Shown: positions 37,978 through 47,849 of the stretch, in pieces
How the letters are laid out: each line of letters opens with the position of its first letter
Position numbering within the stretch: the stretch's first letter is position 1
Assembly (NCBI GenBank): GCA_963666275.2
Contig: CAXXOA010000001.1
Coordinates: forward strand, 1,856,001 to 1,920,000
Direction of reading: 5' to 3'
Source: Oceanispirochaeta sp.
Lineage (GTDB): Bacteria; Spirochaetota; Spirochaetia; DSM-2461
DNA: 64,000 nucleotides
The notes under the pieces: generated by a model
The model's database searches: none
What the model was told of the DNA's origin: nothing
Seen by the model: the letters and a program-made list of their open reading frames with translations, nothing else
Position numbers and translations under genes: made by a program

Positions 37978-38787
37978 ATGCTTCAGCAGATAATGATAGA
38001 GAGTAAAAAAGTCGTTATTAAGATTGGATCCAATACACTCTCTAGAGATGACGGCACCATTAATCAGGACTTCTTCAAAGACCTGGCCAGACAGATCGCA
38101 GATCTTCAGAACGACGGAAAACAGGTCGTCGTCGTTTCATCCGGGGCCAGGCTGGCCGGTTTGTCTACCCTTGGCAAATGGAAGCGCAAAGAGGATCTTC
38201 ACTACAAACAGGCTCTGTGTTCCATCGGGCAGGTAGAGCTTATGGACTCCTACCGTCGTGTTCTGAAAGAGTACGGAATCCATATCGGGCAGATCCTTGT
38301 CACCGGAGAAGATTTTTCCGATCCCCAGAGAACACTCCGCATCAGAAACACTCTTTTTACCCTCCTGGACGAAGGCGTGGTTCCCATCATCAATGAGAAC
38401 GACTCCGTCAGTGTTGATGAAATAGAACAGGAAGTTAAAATCGGAGACAATGATAACCTCTCAGCTCTGACAGCCAATCTCTGGAATGCTGATCTCCTGC
38501 TGACGATGAGTGATATCGACGGAGTCTTTAATAAGGACCCCAGCACAAACCCGGACGCCCAGCTCCTGGAAGTGGTATACGACTCGGATCAGGTGCTCAA
38601 TTCCATCGAAGTAGGTGAGAAGGGAGCCTTCGGCACCGGAGGGATTGTCACGAAAATTGATGCTGCCAGAAAGGTTAATGAGTACGGAATCCCCATGATT
38701 CTGGTTAACGGAAAGAAATCCGGAATAATCACCAGCCTCAAAAACGGGGACGCCAGAGGAACTGTTTTTCTGCCGGATCAGTCCTGA
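37978..38787 (+). CDS. proB: Glutamate 5-kinase (no PUA domain)
   Basis: VIKIGSNTL, VSSGA, PIINENDSV, GDNDNLSA, FGTGGIVTK motifs. Confidence 0.95.
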   Translation: MLQQIMIESKKVVIKIGSNTLSRDDGTINQDFFKDLARQIADLQNDGKQVVVVSSGARLAGLSTLGKWKRKEDLHYKQALCSIGQVELMDSYRRVLKEYGIHIGQILVTGEDFSDPQRTLRIRNTLFTLLDEGVVPIINENDSVSVDEIEQEVKIGDNDNLSALTANLWNADLLLTMSDIDGVFNKDPSTNPDAQLLEVVYDSDQVLNSIEVGEKGAFGTGGIVTKIDAARKVNEYGIPMILVNGKKSGIITSLKNGDARGTVFLPDQS

Positions 38788-40856
38788 TCTCTGGGATTCC
38801 CGTTCTCATACTGAAGTTTATAGAGACTGAAATACAGCCCCTGTTTATCCAGAAGCTCCTCATGAGTTCCCTGCTCCACCAGTTCTCCCTGGGAGAGCAC
38901 CAGGATCCTGTCAGCTTTCTGAATTGTACTGATCCTGTGGGCGATCACCAGAGAAGTCCTGTCTTTCAGAACCTGATCTATGGCGTTCTGAACAAGTTTT
39001 TCTGTTTCTGAATCGATATTGGCTGTAGCTTCGTCCAGGATCACAACTTTCGGATCATGGACAAGAATCCTGGCGAAAGCAATAAGCTGCCTCTGACCGG
39101 CCGAAAGATTCGCCCCCCGTTCCTGCACATGCGATTCGTACCCCTTGTCCATCTGCTGGATAAACGAGTCTGCCTGCACCCTTCTGGAGGCTTCCAGTAC
39201 CCGTTCAAAGGGGACTTCCAGACCGAGAGTAATATTTTCAAGTACTGTTCCCGAAAAGAGAAAAACATCCTGCTGCACAGCCTGAACTGTATTTCTTAAA
39301 TCCTGAAGAGGGATGTCCGTAATATTCCTGTTATCCAGTAGGATCTCCCCGGACTGAATGTCCCAGAGTCTGGCAGCCAGGGAGGCAATCGTTGTTTTAC
39401 CCGCGCCGGTGTATCCTACAATGGCCGCGGTTTCACCGGCCTTAACGCTGAATGAGAGATCCTTTAAAACATAGTCCTCTTTTTTGTAGGCAAAGCGGAC
39501 ATTCCTGAAATCAATTTTACCCTCTCCGTAGGAACCGGAAGGTAGAGATCCCCTATCGGGAATGGAATAATCCTCATCAAGCAGCTGGAAAATCCTCTCG
39601 CCCCCGGCCATGGCGGACTGCATAATCGTGAATTTCTCACTCAAATCCATAACGGGGCGGTAGAATTTCTGAATCAGGTCAATAAATGCGATCAGGACTC
39701 CCAGGGTGAGAATCCCCCGGTTGAACATACCCGCACCGGCATAGATTACAACTCCCAGAGAAACAGAGGTGAACATATCCACAAGGGGACGGAAAACGGC
39801 AAAAACATACATCTCATTCAGACTGGCCTTCAAAAGGTTCCTGTTGTTGTCCCTGAAATTCTTTTTTGTATTTCCTTCCTGTCCGAAGATCTGGATAACC
39901 TCCATGCCTGTTAGATGCTCGGAAATAAATCCATTGACTTTTCCAATCCAGAATCGCTGTTTTCTGTAGGCCGTTCTGGCAAGTCTGCGGAACACTCCCG
40001 TCATAATCAGAACAGGAGGAGTTGTGATTATCGTAATAAGAGCGAGTCGGGGATTCAATATGTAAAGGGTCACAAGCACACCTGCCATGATTGTCAGATC
40101 TTTTAGAACCGAGATCGTCACGGATGTGAAAAATTCATTGATCGTCTCCACATCGCTTGTAATCCTTGACACCAGAGTGCCCACAGGTGTATCTCCCAGA
40201 TACCCCAGAGACTGCTTCATTGTATGTGAAAGCATGCGGACTCTCAGATTTTTCATAACCCCCTGACTGGTCCAGGCCATATTGTACATCTGAACAAAGG
40301 AAAAAATAAGAATAAGGCAGAGGAGGGCAAAATAGACAAGTGAGTTCTTTTTAAGCCCCTCCAGATCCTCAGTTCTCAGGGTTCTGTAAATATCCCGATC
40401 CAGAGTCTCCAGATCATTTTTCGACAGGGCTCCCCGGGAAGAGTCATCCATCACAGCAGGTGATAAACCTGAAGAGCTCAGAAGGGATGAGACCTCTTCG
40501 GTTAATCTGAAAACAAGCCAGGGGCCCCGGTCGGAATCTTTTAAGTCCAAAGAGGGGAGTTCACTGGTCAGAACATAGAGATCTTCTCCGGACTGATAGA
40601 GAAGGCCTTCCTTCTCTATATAAAGATCGGCGCCGACAGCGGAGGCTTGTCCGGGCAGGTATGACCAGTCTGAGATCACATACCTGTCAATGGTTCGCTG
40701 CATCAGCACAGGCAGTATCAGTTCAAAGGCTGTGGAAAAAACAAGAGCTGCCATAGCTGCCAGAAACCATATTTTGTAATTCCCAGCAATAGAGAACAGT
40801 TTCTTAACCACATGATGATTGTATTCACTCAGTTTGCTTTTATCTTCCTTACTCAT
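38778..40856 (-). CDS. ABC exporter half-transporter (TMD+NBD) with a large extracytoplasmic loop
   Basis: GYTGAGKTT, LSAGQRQ, LDEAT motifs; roughly 100-aa insert after TM1. Confidence 0.93.
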   Translation of the reverse strand: MSKEDKSKLSEYNHHVVKKLFSIAGNYKIWFLAAMAALVFSTAFELILPVLMQRTIDRYVISDWSYLPGQASAVGADLYIEKEGLLYQSGEDLYVLTSELPSLDLKDSDRGPWLVFRLTEEVSSLLSSSGLSPAVMDDSSRGALSKNDLETLDRDIYRTLRTEDLEGLKKNSLVYFALLCLILIFSFVQMYNMAWTSQGVMKNLRVRMLSHTMKQSLGYLGDTPVGTLVSRITSDVETINEFFTSVTISVLKDLTIMAGVLVTLYILNPRLALITIITTPPVLIMTGVFRRLARTAYRKQRFWIGKVNGFISEHLTGMEVIQIFGQEGNTKKNFRDNNRNLLKASLNEMYVFAVFRPLVDMFTSVSLGVVIYAGAGMFNRGILTLGVLIAFIDLIQKFYRPVMDLSEKFTIMQSAMAGGERIFQLLDEDYSIPDRGSLPSGSYGEGKIDFRNVRFAYKKEDYVLKDLSFSVKAGETAAIVGYTGAGKTTIASLAARLWDIQSGEILLDNRNITDIPLQDLRNTVQAVQQDVFLFSGTVLENITLGLEVPFERVLEASRRVQADSFIQQMDKGYESHVQERGANLSAGQRQLIAFARILVHDPKVVILDEATANIDSETEKLVQNAIDQVLKDRTSLVIAHRISTIQKADRILVLSQGELVEQGTHEELLDKQGLYFSLYKLQYENGNPRDQD

Positions 40857-42598
40857 GGGGTTTCCTCATTTTCCAGGGATTGAAGGACTGCAATTTTTCT
40901 GTAGAGCCCCTCTTCTTTCAGCAGTTCCTCGTGACTTCCGAACTGACCTATCTGCCCCTTGTCGAGGACCAGAATTTTATCGGAAACCTGCAGGGTTGAG
41001 ACCCTGTGGGATATCAGGATATTTGTTTTTCCCTTCCTGATCTTCATCATCTCATGAAGGATATACTCTTCGGTTTTTGTATCCACAGCGGACAGGGCGT
41101 CATCAAGGATCAGAATCTGCGGATCCGCCAGCAGAGCCCTTGCCAGGGCTATACGCTGCTTCTGACCTCCCGAAAGTGTAATTCCCCGTTCTCCCACCAT
41201 GGTTTCCAGTCCCTTGGGAAAGTTCTTCAGGTCCCTTTCCAGGGTAGATATTCGTATAACCCTTTCAAGATCCTCCTGAGGAGCATCCTCCCGGGAAAAA
41301 AGTATATTCTCCCTGATAGTACGGGAAAAGAGAATCGTTTCCTGAGGAACCATGGAGATGGCGGCCCGAAGCTGGGATAGTTTCAGTTCATGAATGGGGA
41401 TATTGTTGTACCAGAGGGTTCCCTGTTCCGATTCAAGAAGCCGGGGAAGCAGTCTTATCAGTGTTGTCTTGCCGCTGCCGGTTCTACCCAGGATACCCAA
41501 TGTTTCACCGGCATTGAGATCAAGATTAAAATCTTTTATAACCTGAACCTTTTTACCGTTGTCAAAACTGTAATTCAGATTTCTCAGAGATAATGTCTTC
41601 AGCTCGGGGACATCCCCCGGTTCATCTATATTGACGATGTCAGGTTTTTCCTTCAGGACCTCATTGATCCTCATCAGAGAAGCGCCCCCCCGCTGTATCA
41701 GATTGATGGTAAACCCAGCTCCCATCATTGGCCATGTGAGCATTCCCAGATAGGAGAGAACGGCTACAAAATCACCGGGAGCGAGAGTTCCCAGGACAAC
41801 CTGCTTTCCCCCGAAATAGAGCAGCAGTGAGACTGTAACTCCCGAGAGAAACATGACAATGGGAAAGATCCCTCCCCAGATCTTTGTAAGAGACATATTG
41901 GCTTCCCAGTAGTCAGTATTGTCTTTATCGAACTGTTCAAGAAAATGATCTTCCTTACGGAAGGTTTTGATAACTCTTATACCGCTTAATAGTTCCTGAA
42001 CCCGTTCGCTTATGGAAGAATAGCTGTCCTGTACCCGTTTGAACCTCTTCCCGAGGAGACGTCCTGTAGACATGACAATCAGATTGATAAAAGGGAGTGG
42101 GATGATGACGATCAGTGTCAGTTTTGTGTAATTGATCAGCAGAATGGCAAGGATCGCCAGAGCCATGAAAAGTCCGTCTGTAAAAGCCACAAAGGCCATG
42201 CCGCTTGCCATGCGGACTGCTTTCATATCATTGGTCATCCGGGCCATGAGATCACCGGTTTTTCTTTTTCCGTAAAAAGAGGAGCTCAATGTCAGAAGAT
42301 GATAGAAAATCTTTTCTCTCAGTTCTGTTTCAATCCTCCGGGAAGCCCCGTGAAGAAAAAATCTCCAGAAAAAACGTCCGATGGATATAATAAGAGCCAC
42401 AACAACCATCTGGATCATAAGACTGGCAATGAGGCTGGATTCAAAAGCCCCGTTTGACAGACTGTTTATTGCCTTTCTTATAAACTGGGGAAGATACAAT
42501 TGTCCGGCATCGGTGATAATTAAAAAAATGATCCCGAAAATATATTTGAATTTATATTTTCTGAAGTAGGGCAGCAGGGTACGGTATTCTTTCAGCAT
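40853..42598 (-). CDS. ABC exporter half-transporter (heterodimer partner, degenerate Walker B)
   Basis: GRTGSGKTT, LSGGQKQR, LDDALSAVD motifs; start likely ATG 42598. Confidence 0.93.
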   Translation of the reverse strand: MLKEYRTLLPYFRKYKFKYIFGIIFLIITDAGQLYLPQFIRKAINSLSNGAFESSLIASLMIQMVVVALIISIGRFFWRFFLHGASRRIETELREKIFYHLLTLSSSFYGKRKTGDLMARMTNDMKAVRMASGMAFVAFTDGLFMALAILAILLINYTKLTLIVIIPLPFINLIVMSTGRLLGKRFKRVQDSYSSISERVQELLSGIRVIKTFRKEDHFLEQFDKDNTDYWEANMSLTKIWGGIFPIVMFLSGVTVSLLLYFGGKQVVLGTLAPGDFVAVLSYLGMLTWPMMGAGFTINLIQRGGASLMRINEVLKEKPDIVNIDEPGDVPELKTLSLRNLNYSFDNGKKVQVIKDFNLDLNAGETLGILGRTGSGKTTLIRLLPRLLESEQGTLWYNNIPIHELKLSQLRAAISMVPQETILFSRTIRENILFSREDAPQEDLERVIRISTLERDLKNFPKGLETMVGERGITLSGGQKQRIALARALLADPQILILDDALSAVDTKTEEYILHEMMKIRKGKTNILISHRVSTLQVSDKILVLDKGQIGQFGSHEELLKEEGLYRKIAVLQSLENEETP

Positions 42599-42919
42599 AT
42601 TTTTCAAGATACCAAAAATTGGTGAATAAGTCACAGATTCCCTCTAATTTTTTAAAGAAAGAGAGAGGGATCCGGATGGTCAGATTTAAAAAATACCGGC
42701 AGAATTTATATATTTCTGCCGGTTGAAAAGAGATCACTATTCAATGATTTCCCAGTATCTGAAATTTAAGGGGCTGTTGCAAAAGTCTGAAAAGACTTTA
42801 GTAGCAGCCTTTTTCTTTTTTGAATGAATCGAACAAAGCATTTAGACTGCAAAAAGGGGCCGCAAAGCGACCCCAGCGTGCTACAATTTGTTTAACCACA
42901 AACAAATAAAAAGGAGCAC

Positions 42920-43960
42920 GTGGTGAATCTTACAGCATTTTCCCAACATAGACAATTATTTCTTGATTTAAACATCTCAATCCCCTTTGAAGTAACAGAA
43001 CATGAAGCAGCACTTATGATTCTGTTGCAAAACCTAGATTACAGCCAGTTTGAACAACCAAAGCAGAAATCAGGACGTCCACGAGCTGTCAATTCATACA
43101 CAATGATGCTGATTCTTCTGTATGCCAGGATTCATGGCAGGTTTAGTTCGCGAGATGTAGAACGTTTATGCAAACGAGACCTTTTCCTTTTGCAAATCTT
43201 AGGTAATCAGAAAGTCCCAGACCATACGACGTTTGACCGTTTTGTTCATACCCATGAGAAAGCCATTGATGAACTATTTTTTCAGATAGTCGTTCGTCTG
43301 GATGCATTGGGAGAGCTTAAGAAAGATGTTGTCTATCAAGATGGCACTAAAATAGAGTCAAAAGCTGGTCGATATAGTTTTGTCTGGAAGAAAGCGACTA
43401 AAAAGAATCTGGAGAAACTCCATAACCATATCCGGAATTTGATTACTGAAGTTAATGATATTTTCTCCTGGCACTTGGATCCAGGAGATTATCACACCTC
43501 ATTGAAAATCCTCATAGAGAAGCTTGTTGCAACAGGAGAGCCTCTTTTCCCGAAGACAACAGGTCGAGGCCACCGAATCACGAGAGTTCAGAAATTCTAT
43601 CGAGATGCTCTTGTTTTCCTGGAGAAACTGGAAAAGTACAATGAATACCTGACTGCCATGAAGGGTAGGAACAGCATGAGTAAAACTGATCCTGATGCCA
43701 CGTTTATGCGAATGAAAGAGGACTATATGAGGAACGGGCAGCTGAAACCAGCTTACAACCTTCAAGTACTAGTTGATAGCGGATATGTTGTCGGAGCTCA
43801 CGCCAGTGACGATCGCACTGACTATGTAACCATGTGTCCTGCACTGGATCATATGCATGAACATCTGCCCTGGACATATTCAAAATACTGTGCGGACAGC
43901 GGATACGACTGTCAACAAAACTATGAGGCTCTGGAAAAACAGAATATAGAGGCTTTCATC
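42920..43960 (+). pseudogene. IS1182 transposase, 5' part
   Basis: GRPR, PDHTTF, DGTKIES, SKTDPDATFMRMKED, AYNLQ, ADSGY motifs; cut by IS66 after ...IEAFI. Confidence 0.92.
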
Positions 43961-44030
43961 GTAAGCGTCAAATAAACCGCATCTAATAATTTTGAAGACC
44001 TCCCAGTACAATCTCACAAGGAGGTCTTCC

Positions 44031-44333
44031 TTGAAACAATATAAAATGGATCAGCGCCATGCTCTTCTGGCAGAATGGGAACTGTCTGGCAAATCAGTAA
44101 ATCAATTCTGCCGGGATAAAAACCTGAAAGCAACAACATTCCACGGATGGAGGAAGCGATACAAACGGAAACCTCAACCTTTGGTTGAAATTCCTGTAAA
44201 ACTGCCCAGGGAAACATCCATAGGCTCATCCATTGAATTGCAATGGAAATCCTACCGGATAAAACTGGACCGGGATTTTGATACAATCACATTAAAGAAA
44301 CTGCTTCAGACCCTGGAAGAGTGCAATGATTAA
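44031..44333 (+). CDS. tnpA: IS66 accessory protein TnpA (HTH)
   Basis: SGKSVNQFCRDKNLKATTFHGWRKR; TTG 44031 after AAGGAGG. Confidence 0.85.
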   Translation: MKQYKMDQRHALLAEWELSGKSVNQFCRDKNLKATTFHGWRKRYKRKPQPLVEIPVKLPRETSIGSSIELQWKSYRIKLDRDFDTITLKKLLQTLEECND

Positions 44334-44673
44334 GGATTTCTCCCAGGTCAAAATATTTATCCGCCCCGGTGTTACGGATATGCGGAAAGCCATAAACGGT
44401 TTGGCTGTAGAAGTTCAGGATGAAATGTCTCTTGATCCCTTTTGCGGCTCTCTCTTCATGTTCTGTAATAAACAGAGACGGATTCTGAAGGCCCTCTATT
44501 GGGACCAGACAGGGTTCTGCCTCTGGCAGAAACGTCTAGAGAAGCACCGTTTTCCCTGGCCGGATACGGAAGAAGCTGCTAAAGCCATCAGCTTTGAAGA
44601 ACTCTCTATGCTTTTGAAGGGTATAGATTTCTGGAGGGCTCATAAATCATTGAAATATTCAGAAATTGCCTGA
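44326..44673 (+). CDS. tnpB: IS66 accessory protein TnpB
   Basis: TDMRKAINGL, LYWDQTGFCLWQKRLE motifs. Confidence 0.95.
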   Translation: MIKDFSQVKIFIRPGVTDMRKAINGLAVEVQDEMSLDPFCGSLFMFCNKQRRILKALYWDQTGFCLWQKRLEKHRFPWPDTEEAAKAISFEELSMLLKGIDFWRAHKSLKYSEIA

Positions 44674-44714
44674 AAGGAATTTACTCAAATTCCAGACTTT
44701 GCTAAAATTCTTTT

Positions 44715-46286
44715 ATGGATATTGCCTCTCTTCCTTTGGAAGCACAAAGAGAATTCCTTTTGCTGAAACAGCAACTCGCTGAATCAAAAGCCCAGAACCA
44801 GAACTGGGAAAAGAAGTATCAGCTTCTTGAAGAGAAACTGGCTTTGGCCCTGCATCGGCAATTTGGCAGAAGAGCAGAAAATATTCCTGATCAGATTGAA
44901 TTGTTTGATACTGAAGAATCTGTGACTCCAGAGGAAGACAGTTCAGAAGAACAGGAAATATCCACCTACAAACGTAAAAAAACAGGCAGAAAGCCTCTGG
45001 ATGAGAACCTTCCCCGTAAAGAACGGATTATTGATATTTCTGAAGATGAGAAAATCTGTGCCTGCGGTATGGAACTGAAGAAGATCGGAGAAGAAATCTC
45101 TGAGAAACTGCATGTGATCCCTCCCCGTATCTGGGTAGAGCGGATTATCCGGTTTAAATATGCCTGTGGTAATTGTGAAGGAACCGCCGATGAAGATGTT
45201 CCTGCTGTAAAGATTGCCCCTCCGGAGCCTTCCATCATCCCCAAAGGGATTGTCACTCCCGGTCTGTTGGCATTTCTGATGATAAACAAGTACGTGGACC
45301 ATCTTCCTTTTTACCGACAGGAAAAACGGTTTGAGCGTATGGGAGCCCGGATTAGCCGTCAGAATATGAGTAATTGGCAGAAAAAGGCTTACGAAGCCCT
45401 TCTCCCTCTCTTTGAACTGCTGAAAACACACATAAAATCCGGTCCAGTGCTCCAAATGGATGAAACAACCGTCCAGGTTCTGAATGAACCAGGTCGGGAT
45501 AACAAACAAAAATCCTATATGTGGCTGGCCAGAGGCGGTCCTCCGGGACAACAAGCTGTTTATTATGAGTACCATCCGACACGGGCATCGGAATATGCGA
45601 AGAATTTTCTCACTGGTTTTAAAGGGTATCTGCAAACCGATGGATATCAAGGATACAAAACCGCGGTAGAAGGCAATCCCGATATACATCTGGTAGGCTG
45701 CTTTGCTCATGCCAGAAGGAAGTTCATTGAGGCTGATAAAGCCAGTAAGAAATCTAAAAGTGCTCTGGAAGGAATCAAACATATCAAGAAGCTCTATGCC
45801 TTGGAAAATGATCTAAGGAGTAGGAAATTGTCTCCTGAAGATTTCCTGGAACAACGGAAAAGCAAGGCTGAACCCATTCTTGATGCATTTAAACAGTGGT
45901 TGGATAAAAGGGCTGAAAATGTTTTACCGGAAAGTGCTTTGGGAAAAGCGGTTCACTATGCATTGAATCAATGGGATTATTTGATTCGATATCTGGAAAG
46001 CCCCTATCTGACTCCGGATAATAATGCCAGTGAAAATGCTATTCGTCCTTTTGTTCTGGGGAGGAAAAACTGGCTATTTTCCGGGAATCCCAAAGGGGCA
46101 GACAGTTCCTGCGGGATGTATTCTCTGATTGAGACTGCAAAACAAAATAATTTGAATCCCTTTGATTATCTGCATTATGTTTTCTCTAAAGCTCCGCTCA
46201 TCAATAATGAACAAGAATGGGAAGAATTATTACCATGGAATTTAAAAGATAACATTACGGCTGATAAAGGGCCTGTGTTTATTTGA
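44715..46286 (+). CDS. tnpC: IS66 DDE transposase TnpC
   Basis: KYVDHLPFYRQ, MDETT, TDGY, GCFAHARRKF, DNNASENAIR, LLPWN motifs. Confidence 0.96.
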   Translation: MDIASLPLEAQREFLLLKQQLAESKAQNQNWEKKYQLLEEKLALALHRQFGRRAENIPDQIELFDTEESVTPEEDSSEEQEISTYKRKKTGRKPLDENLPRKERIIDISEDEKICACGMELKKIGEEISEKLHVIPPRIWVERIIRFKYACGNCEGTADEDVPAVKIAPPEPSIIPKGIVTPGLLAFLMINKYVDHLPFYRQEKRFERMGARISRQNMSNWQKKAYEALLPLFELLKTHIKSGPVLQMDETTVQVLNEPGRDNKQKSYMWLARGGPPGQQAVYYEYHPTRASEYAKNFLTGFKGYLQTDGYQGYKTAVEGNPDIHLVGCFAHARRKFIEADKASKKSKSALEGIKHIKKLYALENDLRSRKLSPEDFLEQRKSKAEPILDAFKQWLDKRAENVLPESALGKAVHYALNQWDYLIRYLESPYLTPDNNASENAIRPFVLGRKNWLFSGNPKGADSSCGMYSLIETAKQNNLNPFDYLHYVFSKAPLINNEQEWEELLPWNLKDNITADKGPVFI

Positions 46287-46301
46287 CGCTTACCTTTCAT
46301 C

Positions 46302-46850
46302 AAGCCCCAGTTACACGAGCAATCAAAGAAACGAAAATTCAAAAAGGATATCGGAAAGAAAGAAAACATGATTTATGATCCTTCAACCGATCATTTCATT
46401 TGTGCGAAGGGAAAGAAGCTAAAACTGAAATATGTTCGATCCAGGAAGAATCAATACGGTTATGAAACGACAACACATACATATCGTTGTGAAAGAGGGT
46501 GTAAGAGCTGCTCTCTCCGTTCTTCCTGTATAAAACGAAGTAAGGCAGACTATAAACAGGTACAGATCAACCACAAGCTGTCATCTTATCAAAGAAGAGC
46601 TACTGCTTTGATATCCAGTCCGGAAGGTAAAGAAATCCGTGTTAATAGAAGTATTCAGGCAGAAGGAGTATTTGCTCAGATCAAAGCCAACTGGTCATTC
46701 AGGAGATTTTTACGGGCAGGAAAAACAGGTATCTATACAGAATGGCTATTAGTTTGTCTGGCTATGAATGCTGTTCATTTGGGAAATAGATTATCCCGAG
46801 ATGAAGTTGGTAATCCCTTCTATTATCAGATAAAGGATGAATCAGCATAG
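46302..46850 (+). pseudogene. IS1182 transposase, 3' part
   Basis: KPQLHEQSKKRKFKKDIG..., zinc-finger-like Cys, RSIQAEGVFAQIK, FRRF; in frame with the 5' part once IS66 and one DR are removed. Confidence 0.92.
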
Positions 46851-47063
46851 CTCTAAATCCATTTTTTAATAGATAATGTATAGTCTCAGGTGCATCACAT
46901 AGGATAAGTGTCAGTAAATTACTAAACAAAATGGGAAATTATCAGAATTTTTATTACCAGAACAGAAGTTGTGATCTAAATAGTGATCAAAATAAAAAGA
47001 ATTTGATTAATGAAAAAAAGAGGCTGTCGCATTTTTACTTTTGCAACAGCCCCATACTCAGTT

Positions 47064-47849
47064 TTATAATACATTTTTAAGGAAATTCTTTGTCTTTTCA
47101 TGCTTGGGGTTTTCAAAGAGTTCCTTTGGATTCCCTTCTTCCAGAATCATCCCATCTGCCATGAAGACAACTCTATCGGCTACCTCTCTGGCAAATCCCA
47201 TTTCATGGGTAACACATATCATGGTCATACCATTCGTGGCCAGGTCGCGCATTACCGCAAGAACTTCTCCAACCAGCTCGGGATCCAGAGCACTGGTAGG
47301 TTCATCAAAAAGCATGATTTCCGGCTCCATAGCCAACGCTCTTGCTATGGCCACACGCTGCTGCTGACCTCCAGAAAGTTTACTGGGATAGACATCAGTC
47401 TTATCCGATAAACCGACACGATCGATCAGTTTGCTGGCGATGGCAACGGCTTCGGATCGCGACTTTTTCCGGATAATAACCGGAGCCAGGGTCAGATTTT
47501 CAAGAACCGTTTTATGGGGAAACAGATTGAACCGCTGGAATACCATTCCCATTTCAAGGAGCATGGCTTTCTGTTGATCCGCCGGAACCCTATGAACGGT
47601 CCTGTTATGTTTTCTATCCAGGAAAAGCTTGTCTTCTACAAAGATCTTTCCGCTGGTGATATCCTCAAGATGAATCAGTGAACGGAGATAGGTCGACTTA
47701 CCTGCTCCCGAAGGACCGATTATACAGATGACCTCACCTTTTTTAACCGCAAGATCCACGTCCTTGAGAACTTCCAGATGCCCGAAGGATTTGCAGAGCT
47801 TTTCAGTTCTGATGAGATACTCATATTCATGTTCTTTATCTTTATTCAT
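47064..47849 (-). CDS. Polar amino-acid ABC transporter ATPase (GlnQ-like)
   Basis: [47 protein letters not shown] motifs. Confidence 0.95.
   Translation of the reverse strand: MNKDKEHEYEYLIRTEKLCKSFGHLEVLKDVDLAVKKGEVICIIGPSGAGKSTYLRSLIHLEDITSGKIFVEDKLFLDRKHNRTVHRVPADQQKAMLLEMGMVFQRFNLFPHKTVLENLTLAPVIIRKKSRSEAVAIASKLIDRVGLSDKTDVYPSKLSGGQQQRVAIARALAMEPEIMLFDEPTSALDPELVGEVLAVMRDLATNGMTMICVTHEMGFAREVADRVVFMADGMILEEGNPKELFENPKHEKTKNFLKNVL

Larger units (their letters stand above)
43961..46293 (+). mobile_element. IS66-family element (2333 bp), apparently complete
   Basis: 17-bp IRs GTAAGCGTCAAATAAAC / GTTTATTTGACGCTTAC; 8-bp direct repeat CTTTCATC at 43953-43960 and 46294-46301; three-ORF layout. 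Confidence 0.96.
42770..47053 (+). mobile_element. IS1182-family insertion sequence, interrupted by IS66
   Basis: Perfect 17-bp terminal IRs GGGGCTGTTGCAAAAGT (42770-42786) / ACTTTTGCAACAGCCCC (47037-47053); no obvious target duplication. Confidence 0.9.

Noticed and set aside
44326..44673. IS66 TnpB as an RNA-guided TnpB nuclease
   Set aside because: Name coincidence. This is a 115-aa IS66 accessory protein with no RuvC motifs, unrelated to IS200/IS605 TnpB.
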